Shown piece after piece: positions 1-10,499 of a stretch of DNA of 64,000 nucleotides. The notes under the pieces are model-generated. The model worked only from the letters and a program-made list of their open reading frames with translations, was not told the DNA's origin and made no database searches. How positions within the stretch are numbered: the stretch's first letter is position 1; the number at the start of each line of letters is the position of its first letter. Position numbers and translations under genes: made by a program. Source of the stretch: Ostrea edulis (lineage: Eukaryota); assembly GCF_947568905.1 (NCBI RefSeq), contig NC_079165.1, positions 77,004,001 through 77,068,000 on the forward strand, read 5' to 3'.

Positions 1-1795
1 CACAGACAGGTAAATATGTACACAGACAGATAAATATGTACACAGAGAGGTAAATACATACACAGACAGGTAAATACACACACAGGCAGGTAATTACATA
101 CACAGACAGGTATATACATACACAGACAGGTATATACATACACAGACAGGTAAATATGTACACAGACAGGTATATACATACACAGACAGGTAAATGCATA
201 CACAGACAGGTAAATACGTACACAGACAGGTAAATATGTACACAGACAGGTAAATACATACACAGACAGGTATATACATACACAGACAGGTAGATACGTA
301 CACAGACAGGTAAATATGTACACAGACAGGTAATACATACACAGACAGGTAAATACGTACACAGACAGGTAAATATGTACACAGACAGGTATATACGTAC
401 ACAGACAGGTAAATACATACACAGACAGGTATATACATACACAGACAGGTAAATGCGTACACAGACAGGTAAATACGTACACAGACAGGTAAATATGTAC
501 ACAGACAGGTAAATGCATATACAGACAGGTAAATACGTACACAGACAGATATATACATACACAGACAGGTAAATACATACACAGACAGGTAAATACGTAC
601 ACAGACAGGTAAATTCATACACAGACAGGTAAATGCGTACACAGACAGATAAATACGTACACAGACAGGTAAATACATACACAGACAGGTAAATAATACA
701 AAGACAGGTAAATACATACACAGACAGGTTAATATGTACACAGACAGGTAAATATGTAAACAGACAAGTAATACATACACAGACAGGTAAATGCATACAC
801 AGACAGGTAAATACGTACACAGACAGGTAAATACGTACACAAACAGGTAAATACATACAGAGACAGGTAAATACGTACACAGACAGGTAAATACGTACAC
901 AGACAGGTAAATGCATACACAGACAGGTAAATACGTACACAGACAGGTAAATATGTACACAGACAGGTAAATACATACACAGACAGGTAAATACGTACAC
1001 AGATAGGTAAATATGTACACAGACAGGTAAATATGTACAAAGACAGGTATATACATATACAGACAGGTAAATACATACACAGACAGGTATATACATACAC
1101 AGACAGGTAAATGCGTACACAGACAAGTAAATACGTACACAGACAGGTAAATATGTACACAGACAGGTAATACATACACAGACAGGTAAATACATACACA
1201 GACAGGTATATACATACACAGACAGGTAAATATGTACACAGACAGGTAAATATGTACACAGACAGGTAAATATGTACACAGACAGGTAAATACATACACA
1301 GACAGGTAATACATACACAGACAGGTAATTACATACACAGACACAGACAGGTAATACATACACAGACAGGTAATTACATACACAGACAGGTAAATACATA
1401 TGCAGACAGGTAGATACATACACAGACAGGTATATACATACACAGACAGGTAAATACATACACAGACAGGTAATACATACACAGACAGGTAAATACATAC
1501 ACAGACAGGTAATTACATACGCAGACAGGTAAATACATACGCAGACAGGTAAATACATACGCAGACAGGTAAATACATACACAGACAGGTAATACATACA
1601 CAGACAGGTAAATACATACACAGACAGGTAAATACATACACAGACAGGTAATACATACACAGACAGGTAATTACATACACAGACAGGTAATTACATACAC
1701 AGACAGGTAATACATACACAGACAGGTAATTACATACACAGACAGGTATATACATACACAGACAGGTATATACATACACAGACAGGTATATACAA
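1..1795. repeat. 20-bp minisatellite cacagacaggtaaatacata, about 90 copies, open at the window start
   Basis: Direct inspection; explains the low-complexity ORFs 94-1779. Confidence 0.97.
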
Positions 1796-2110
1796 TGCTG
1801 TACACAGCATTAATGTTATGAAGGACAGGTAAATATATCTCGTATTGAAAGTAAATGTACCTTTTGTTTATATATATTTACATTAAACGATGGTTTGTCA
1901 TTAACAAACCTTAGCTATTATTTCTCGATAAAATATTGATCCATCAACTTAACATTCAAAACTTGTATTTTACAAAATATAGATAATAGAGATAAATGTC
2001 TCTGTTGTTTGTATTATAGGATATAAAACATTGGAGGTGTTTGGGGTAATTTTTGTATGATTGCCATTTAAATCTAGGTACTGACACATCCTTTTCTTGT
2101 TTTTCTTTAG

Positions 2111-2204
2111 TTTGAGAAAACTTAGAGAAATTGTTTTCCCAACAATTGATGACAGTAAATGGTTGTCCAATATTGAGGCCACACATTGGTTGGACCACAT
2201 CAAG
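2111..2204 (+). CDS. MTMR2: MTMR exon (S)[31 protein letters not shown]
   Basis: ttttctttag acceptor, gttcga donor; phase 2 to 0. Confidence 0.9.
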
Positions 2205-3858
2205 GTTCGATTCAACATTTTTCATGTCAAATTATAGATCAGAATTTATTTTTTAAGGATGTGATAATTAAAGTAATTCCACCCTCCTGTGATGTCATCA
2301 GATTTTGCAAAATCAAAGATTTATTTAGATTTATGCATGATAGGAACATAAATTTTGTTAGAGTCTTTTCCGATAGTTATTGTAAAAAATCTTGTTAGAA
2401 ATAAACTATTTCAAAAGTCTAAGTTAAAGATGAATAATCAATGATACGATTTAAAATATTGAATCCAAGGGCAATAACTCTGTTTTTATTGATTTCTCTA
2501 TCAAGTCTATTATGTGATAGATTTCCTTTATTTTTACAGACATTTTGTATATTTTTGTGAAGTAACAGTTTCCTGAAATTGTTATGAATGCTACTATATC
2601 ATCATAATCAGTTTTTATGAGATTTTGATAATGCTAAAAAGGAAAATTGCAATTTTCTTTCGTTGATATATGATTCTGTTTATGTATGTCTCACATCTTA
2701 AAAAGTGATTACCGTATGTCCTATATGTTATAGTTGATAATTTGTTAGTATTAACTCTAATGAATGGAAATAAATACACTTTTAAAACTTGTATCAGATA
2801 AAACTGCAAGTATGGAGTTACCTTAAGAGGCATGTTTGGTCTAGTTCGCCAAAATCGTAAAGCGCCTTGCTGAATAAGACGTGCTGCTTAGTTGATGTAA
2901 ACAATATGGCGACAGAAACAGTTCTTGTCAGCATTGAGATTATTTTTAACTCAAAACAGATTGTTCCATGGACAATTATACCGGTAGACTCGTCCTTGAC
3001 AGTTGATATGCTTTGCAAGAAACTTCTGGACAATGAATTTAAAGAAATTGAAACCGTGAAGGAATAAATTGATGAAAACAAGGCCAAGTTGAAGTATGAC
3101 GTTTTCGTAGGTCTAAACAAAACGGCTGACAGCGATAAGATTTTTTCAACAGTGAAAATTTCTGAAGTGGTTTAACTTTTTGTAAGATATTTAATTTGTA
3201 AATCTCTAACTTTCTTCACAACACAAAAAAAAAAAAAACCATGGACAAAAAATCCCTACCCATTTATGACATGGAGATAAACTGAAAAACTAAACCCCCT
3301 ACCTACCTACCCATTTTTTGAAAAATAATTGTCTGACAACCAGAGAATCGATTTGATGTGGCCTTAATATGTTTCTAAGAATTTGAAATTTTTATTAGAT
3401 ATTTGACGTTTGTGTATGGTTTTAGGCAATGCCAAATTAAATTCTATATTCTATATAAGATTTTATAAAGATACATAAGAGGGAGGGAAAATAATTTTAT
3501 ACACTATCTGAAAACGTTTTGGGTGTACCCAACTACCAAGCAAACAAAAGATGAAAATACAAATGTAGCTCTGTTGATGTTGATCAAAAAATCCTAGAAA
3601 GATTATTCAAAAGATTTAAAGCTTTCAAACTGAAGAATGAAAAAATATTTTAGATTTAAATTGTTTAGAAATCTATGTATGTTGTTGACATGAAATGTAG
3701 AATTTATTTTGGTCGGTTTGAGTTAAAATCAATTCTGAACTTGAGATTTACATATATAATTGTACATCATCCATTATATCAAACCACAAACTACTGTTTT
3801 GTATAAGGGGTTATTTCAAAAAGAAGGGAGCTTTTAAGGGCCCTTTTCCTACCTTCAC

Positions 3859-3891
<33 letters not shown>

Positions 3892-6800
3892 AACTCACAG
3901 ATATTTTTTTTTTTTTGTTTACAGCAAATTTTAGCAGGTGCCCTGCGGATTGCAGATAAAGTGGAGAGTGCCAAAACTTCTGTCCTGGTTCACTGTAGTG
4001 ACGGCTGGGACAGAACAGCTCAGGTACATAGGGGGCTTATATAGGCAGAACTAGGCATAAACTCAAAGTCAAACAATTGTGTGGAATACATGAGGGAATG
4101 AACTGCAACATATCATGCTCTGTTTATTCTAACTTCATGTATGTTCATTCAAGCTGGGTTTGGCCGTACAGTAATTTATCCTCAGTTTGATTTTACAGTT
4201 GACTGAGTTGCTAGTACAGTAATTGATACTCAGTTTGATTTTACAGTTGATTGAGTTGCTAGTACAGTAATTGATCCTCAGTTTGATGTTACCGTTGACT
4301 GAGTTGCTAGTACAGTAATTGATCCTCAGTTTGATTTTACAGTTGACTGAGTTGCTAGTACAGTAATTGATCCTCAGTTTGATGTTACCGTTGATTGGGT
4401 TTGCCCATACAGTAATTGATCCTCAGTTTGATGTTACAGTTGATTGGGTTTGCCCGTACAGTAATTGATCCTCAGTTTGATGTTACAGTTGACTGAGTTG
4501 CTAGTGCAGTAATTGATCCTCAGTTTGATGTTACCGTTGACTGAGTTGCTAGTACAGTAATTGATCCTCAGTTTGATGTTACAGTTGATTGAGTTGCTAG
4601 TACAGTAATTGATACTCAGTTTGATGTTACTGTTGACTGAGTTGCTAGTACAGTAATTGATCCTCAGTTTGATGTTACAGTTGACTGAGTTGCTAGTACA
4701 GTAATTGATCCTCAGTTTGATGTTACAGTTGATTGGGTTTGCCCGTACAATAATTGATCCTCAGTTTGATGTTACTGTTGACTGAGTTGCTAGTACAGTA
4801 ATTGATACTCAGTTTGATGTTACTGTTGACTGAGTTGCTAGTACAGTAATTGATCCTCAGTTTAATTTTACAGTTGACTGAGTTACTAGTACAGTAATTA
4901 TCCTCAGTTTGATGTTACAGTTGATTGGGTTTGCCCGTACAGTAATTGATCCTCAGTTTGATGTTACCGTTGACTGAGTTGCTAGTACAGTAATTGATCC
5001 TCAGTTTGATTTTACAGTTGACCGAGTTGCTAGTACAGTAATTGATACTCATGCAGTTTGATGTTACCGTTGACTGAGTTGCTAGTACAGTAATTGATCC
5101 TCAGTTTGATTTTACAGTTGACCGAGTTGCTAGTACAGTAATTGATACTCATGCAGTTTGATGTTACAGTTGACTGAGTTGCTAGTAGAGTAATTGATCC
5201 TCAGTTTGATGTTACTGTTGACCGAGTTGCTAGTACAGTAATTGATACTCAGTTTGATGTTACTGTTGACTGAGTTGCTAGTACAGTAATTGATCCTCAG
5301 TTTGATGTTACCGTTGACTGAGTTGCTAGTACAGTAATTATCCTCAGTTTAATTTTACAGTTGACTGAGTTGCTAGTACAGTAATTGATCCTCCGTTTGA
5401 TTTTACAGTTGATTGGGTTGCTAGTACAGTAATTGATCCTCAGTTTGATGTTACAGTTGACTGAGTTGCTAGTACAGTAATTGATACTCAGTTTGATTTT
5501 ATAGTTGACTGAGTTGCTAGTACAGTAATTGATACTCAGTTTGATTTTATAGTTGATTGGGTTGCTAGTACAGTAATTGATCCTCAGTTTGATGTTACAG
5601 TTGACTGAGTTGCTAGTACAGTAATTGATACTCAGTTTGATTTTACAGTTGGCTGAGTTGCTAGTACAGTAATTGATCCTCAGTTTGATGTTACCGTTGA
5701 CTGAGTTGCTAGTACAGTAATTATCCTCAGTTTGATTTTACAGTTGACTGGGTTGGCTTCTCTGATGCTGGATCCCTACTATAGAACCATTCAAGGCTTT
5801 GAGGTGCTGATTGAGAAAGAATGGTTGAGTTTTGGCCACAAGTTCGCCCAGCGTATTGGACACGGAGAGGACCGGCACTCGGACACGGACCGCTCCCCTG
5901 TGTTTCTACAATTCATAGATTGTGTGTGGCAAATGACACGACAGGTGGGTAGACGGTGTGTCGTGTATTTCATCTCGTGAACTGTGTGTTGCATATCTCA
6001 TCTCGTAGACAGTGTGTCATGTATCTCATCTCGTGCACGATGTGTCAATATCTCATCTTGCGGACCGTGTGTCACATGTCTCATAAATGTGTACAAATGA
6101 AAAGTTTATGAAATACAAATAAGACTTATTCGATAGCAATTTTAATTCATAATGTGGGCACTAAACATGTAGGTCCTGATGAATATTAAACTTTGTGAGC
6201 TGTATGGTTAATGCAGATGTAAACTTTGATGAATATGTGACTGAATTACTTTACGATTAGATTTCTTGGAGAGATTTTGTACCATGTTTTATTTCAGTGG
6301 ACTCTTTATACATCAGGAATTTGTTTTGTTTTGACAGTTTCCAAATGCTTTTGAATTTAATGAGCATTTCCTGATCACCATCATTGACAATGCCTACAGC
6401 TGCCTGTTTGGGACTTTCCTGTGTAACTGTGAACAACAAAGAACAGAGAAGGTTAGATTAAATATCGTCTGTTCAAATCTCACTCGTTCAGATTAAATAT
6501 CGTCTGTTTAAATCTCACTCGTTCAGATTAAATATCGTCACAGAAACCCTACAGATGGCCCATATTGGGGGGTATCTTGATCATTCTTAATTTGGTTGTA
6601 CATGTACACAAATCTACTTGGATTTATTCATTCTCTCAAAACATGGATATTGTACTACTACACCCAGGACACCAGGAAGTGCCCGGAAACACCGGGTAAT
6701 ATTATATTTAGGAAATTATTATACAGTGGAACCCCGTTATTACGTTTTCCATTTTGTCACGATAAAATAACGTAATACCGGGGGCAACGTAATAAACGTT

Positions 6801-9800
6801 CCCAGTTAAATCCATTAAAAATATCATTTGAAAATTGTATATCGTCCGTTGGTACTCCGTGAAGGGGTGTGTGAATATATCTTTACTGTTTCTTTGTTTA
6901 AAAGACTATGATACTTTGTTTTATTTACATCTTATCTTTAATGTCCGTAATTCTTCATGTTCTCATCCCTTTTCTTTATTTCGGTGTAGGATACATAAGG
7001 ATGTTTTGATAAACGTTGCTTTTTCTGCATTCGTTTGGACCGCCATTTTGTTCAACTTTAAAACAATGCGTTCATGTAAATTTCTCTCAATAACTCGTTC
7101 CGGTTCGTATTCAACATTCGTATTAAAAAATAACAAAACATCGTTTTTATTAAGTTCTCTAATTACACAATACACAACACAATAAAAAAAAATCCCACCC
7201 AAAAAACAACAAAACTATAGACACAAAACGCACACGATACCCAACACTTGCACACTTCTCACCAACGATAAACATGCACGGAGAACAATTTAAGCGCAAT
7301 CCACATAAAAAAAAATATATAATGATGCACGAAGATTTCATTTATAATGCTAAATGATGGCACTAAAATCACGTGCGCATCAAGGGATTTTAAAATATTC
7401 ACTGAGGTAAATGCCGTGCACAAATCGGCCGATAGATTGGTGTATGTATGGACGAGATTTACGAACACCCAAGCTGCATGTCCAAACAACGAACAATTTT
7501 TTTAATTGAACACCTTTAGTCACCTATGTCCAAGCAATTACCCAAGCGGTTGTAACATTGCTACGATAAATTTTGTCTTTCTTGTTTGGTACCAAAGCTG
7601 TCCGTGAACAGAGTTTTAATAGCGAAGGTAATCACACTATGCTGAACACGCAGGTGGTTGAGAAATTATTTCTTTGATTATCAAAATATGAAAAATGAAG
7701 TAAATTTCATAGAGTACAATTTCTAAATAAACATTATTTAATTGTTTATCACTGGCTTCTATACGGGGTATTCACCTGTATTGATGTCGCTAGATCTATC
7801 GAAGCGTGATCAGTCAAGCGTCTCTAATCCCCAAACAGACCAGGAAATTTACGTGGTGACTGCCTCAGGCAGTCAAGGTGTGAATGGCTTATTATTTTGA
7901 GAATCACTATTGAATAATTAGGGGTTTATTACGTTTTTGTCGGAATATTTACAACGTAATACCGAGTCCCGGCATTTTAGGACAACGTAATAACGAGGTC
8001 TATTTTATATAGGTTTGTTAAGAAATGGTTTTGTGCTTTGAAATTCCAACGTAATATGCGGACTAACGTAATAAAGGGGGAACGTAATAACGGGGTTCCA
8101 CTGTATACATATAACAGTTCAATTAGAAGTTTTAAAAAGCAGAGGTTTAGAAATGGGCTAAACTGGTTAGCTGCAATACAAAAATATGACTAAGTTTGAA
8201 GGTTTACGGGAAATAGAAGTGCGGTATGCATGTAGGTAGACATTTTTTAATTTTTTTTTTTTTTGCACAAATCAAGACACTAAGCATAATTTTTGATAAC
8301 CTGAGAAGTTTCCTGTGTATATCATAAAAATATACACAACAGCCGATCTCTAGGCCAGGTAAATTCCAGGTAAATCATTATTACAAACAAAATTACTGTT
8401 TCCTGTGTTTTTATTATGTGTGGTATGGTATAGACCATTACAACTATTATTACAGATAAAATTACCGATTCCTGTGTTTTCTCGTCGCTCAGATTACAAA
8501 CAACATCAGGCATGCATTGGAAGCTGGGCATTTTCACAAAATCGCCTCTTATTTAGAATCATCAACACACAGTTTGAACTTGACACGAGCGATTTGAAAA
8601 CAAACATTGTAACATTGAAATTTTTTTTATCTATGACAATAAAAATTCCAGCACATTTAAATAGTATCAATAGAAAACCACAATTATCCCGTAACTCCGG
8701 GACTTTGAACAAACAAAGAGGTACATGTACATCTAGGCCTGGCATGCATCACTTTTAAGTCGAATCTTTGCCCCTACAAAGCCAGTCGCCTTCTAATTCT
8801 CAGGATCTCGGTGTAGCTGAAGTTTTGAAAAGTGTTCTGAACACAACCGTCTAATATCTGTAGCATCAAACTTGTGTATGATCCATGCCATCCTCCGAGC
8901 TGCATCCTTTGAGGAACTAAAATGATTAAATCTGCACCCTTTCTTCTGAATATTGGTGCAACCGTATGCCGCACAATACACCATAGTCCATTAATTGATG
9001 AGTAAATACACAGATAAGGCTGTTAAAGCGGTTTTATAGATAAAATAATAGGATTATCACCTAAATCGTCACCGGCTTACTACGTACTTTCTCATTCCAA
9101 TTGTCGCATATGACGTCACAGTAATATGGCGTAAATCTCCGATCGAAATATACATATTGCTGTATTTGAATTTCAACTCGCAATATCTCTGTAAATATGC
9201 TCACAACAATTTTTATTGTATTTAGTATCCTTTTCAACTATAGTATAAAGAATATTTTTCATAAAATTATGCAAGTTTTAAAATTACGGGACAAGTCCTT
9301 AAACCCGGTCAGATTGAAATTAATCACCCCAGTATAGATTTGGGTTAAATCTTGCTTGTTCAGTGTAGACATCATGCTTAATCAAAATAACAGTCTATCG
9401 GGTAAAATCTTGACAATATATCGGGTAAAATCTTGATGACACTATATCATGTAAAATCGTGATGACTGTTATGTTTTAGGGTCTGAAACAGAAAGTACAC
9501 AGTCATCTTGTTATGTTGTAGGGTCTGAAACAGAAAGTACACACAGTCATTTTGTTAGGATGTAGGGTCTGAAACAGAAAGTACACAAACATCTTGTTAC
9601 AGTGTATGTTTTAGGGTCTGAAACAGAAAATACACACAGTAATCTTGTTATGTTTTAGGGTCTGAAACAGAAGACAGTATCCCTGTGGTCCTTTGTGAAC
9701 TGTCAGATGGAGGAATTCACTAATCCTCTTTATGCAGCCTCACTACAGCAGCACGTGTTGTTTCCCGTCGCGAGCCTCCGACGCATCGAGCTGTGGACGG

Positions 9801-10499
9801 GGTATTATTGTCGATGGAACCCCCGTATGAGACCCCAGGTAAATCTCATCTTTGTTAATGAAAAGTTTGATTATTGTGAATCCCATTCAAATCACTGAAA
9901 CCGCCAAAACACTTGTATGTGCTTTCATAAAGCCCAATTAATTGTCCCCCTCTGCAAAGCGGAAGGGGACAGAAATACTGGTGTCTGTCCATCCCATTTG
10001 ATACCAATTCTACAGGAGTTAATTATGGGACTTTGTTGAATTTGTACATGCTACACTAATGGAACACTTTTTCAGAGATCGTTGTACGAATTTTGTAGGA
10101 TTGTTAGTCACCATAAGTTTTTGATCATATTGTACCACCATGAAATGGGCGGGGCATATAGTGTTACCCTTTTCAAAATATCATTCTTTCATAATTCAGT
10201 TTCCATTCATTGTCTCTGCAGCAAATGCACATATTCAACAGAAACTTGATATATATCAATGTGTATACATATAATAATCATGATTCAGAATGTTGTATGA
10301 ATATATAAACAGATTACATGTTTTCATTGTTTGTTTTTAGGAACCAATTCATTTGAGGAACAAAGAACTTTTAATGCTGAAAGCTCAGTTACAGAAAAAA
10401 GTGGATGAACTTCTAAAAGAACTGGAAAATAAAAAAGCCAAAGGAAAATTGACATCTCAGAATAGTCCACCTAGAATCTCCTCACCAATCAATGTGTGA
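2111..10499 (+). CDS. MTMR2: Myotubularin-related phosphoinositide 3-phosphatase (MTMR1/MTMR2-like), 3' part; 5' exons lie upstream of the window
   Basis: Six GT-AG exons join in frame: 2111-2204, 3925-4023, 5744-5944, 6338-6451, 9659-9838, 10341-10499. The translation ([10 protein letters not shown]...[22 protein letters not shown]...[37 protein letters not shown].../FPNAFEFNE...FGTFLCN/...TVSLWS..N...FTNPLY...[12 protein letters not shown]..coiled coil..SPINV*) follows human MTMR2 as I recall it. The CX5R catalytic motif is intact. Confidence 0.93.
3859..3890. repeat. poly-C plus (CT)n microsatellite
   Basis: cccccccccct ctctctct... Confidence 0.85.
3925..4023 (+). CDS. MTMR2: MTMR catalytic exon with HCSDGWDR signature
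   Basis: tttgtttacag acceptor, gtacat donor; 33 codons. Confidence 0.95.
4154..5757. repeat. 48-bp minisatellite, about 33 copies, ending in the MTMR acceptor at 5743/5744
   Basis: Unit gttgactgagttgctagtacagtaattgatcctcagtttgatgttaca. Confidence 0.96.
5744..5944 (+). CDS. MTMR2: MTMR exon [15 protein letters not shown]...[12 protein letters not shown]
   Basis: ttttacag acceptor, gtgggt donor; 67 codons; within ORF 5732-5980. Confidence 0.93.
6338..6451 (+). CDS. MTMR2: MTMR exon [38 protein letters not shown]
   Basis: ttttgacag acceptor, gttaga donor; 38 codons. Confidence 0.93.
6724..8103. mobile_element. Non-autonomous Tc1/mariner(pogo)-type DNA transposon, 1380 bp
   Basis: Perfect 23-bp TIR cagtggaaccccgttattacgtt with TA on both flanks; no transposase ORF. 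Confidence 0.88.
8272..9302 (-). mobile_element. THAP-domain DNA transposon remnant (Kolobok/P-like, TTAA end)
   Basis: ORF 8793-8984 MVYCAAYGC...F..KD..RR..W...LCSEHF is a degenerate THAP domain; ends gtcc-ttaa at 9302; left boundary uncertain. Confidence 0.6.
9467..9672. repeat. About 44-bp tandem repeat x5 containing the MTMR acceptor plus exon start
   Basis: atgttttag|ggtctgaaacagaa with exon-like starts at 9480, 9522, 9566, 9615 and the true exon start 9659. Confidence 0.92.
9659..9838 (+). CDS. MTMR2: MTMR exon [14 protein letters not shown]...WNPRMRPQ
   Basis: gttttag acceptor, gtaaat donor; 60 codons. Confidence 0.92.
10341..10499 (+). CDS. MTMR2: MTMR terminal exon: coiled coil and putative PDZ-binding end (SPINV*)
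   Basis: tttttag acceptor; [29 protein letters not shown]...; TGA at 10497-10499; candidate AATAAA at 11311. Confidence 0.9.
   Translation, partial: EPIHLRNKELLMLKAQLQKKVDELLKELENKKAKGKLTSQNSPPRISSPINV

Noticed and set aside
94-1779. 462-aa and other Cys/Tyr/Val-rich ORFs
   Set aside because: Translations of the stop-free strand of the 20-bp minisatellite; no domain content.
4154-5757. CRISPR-like regular repeat arrays (also 27870-31078, 39403-41735, 61709-62772)
   Set aside because: Head-to-tail tandem units with no unique spacers, no cas genes, and a eukaryotic intron context.
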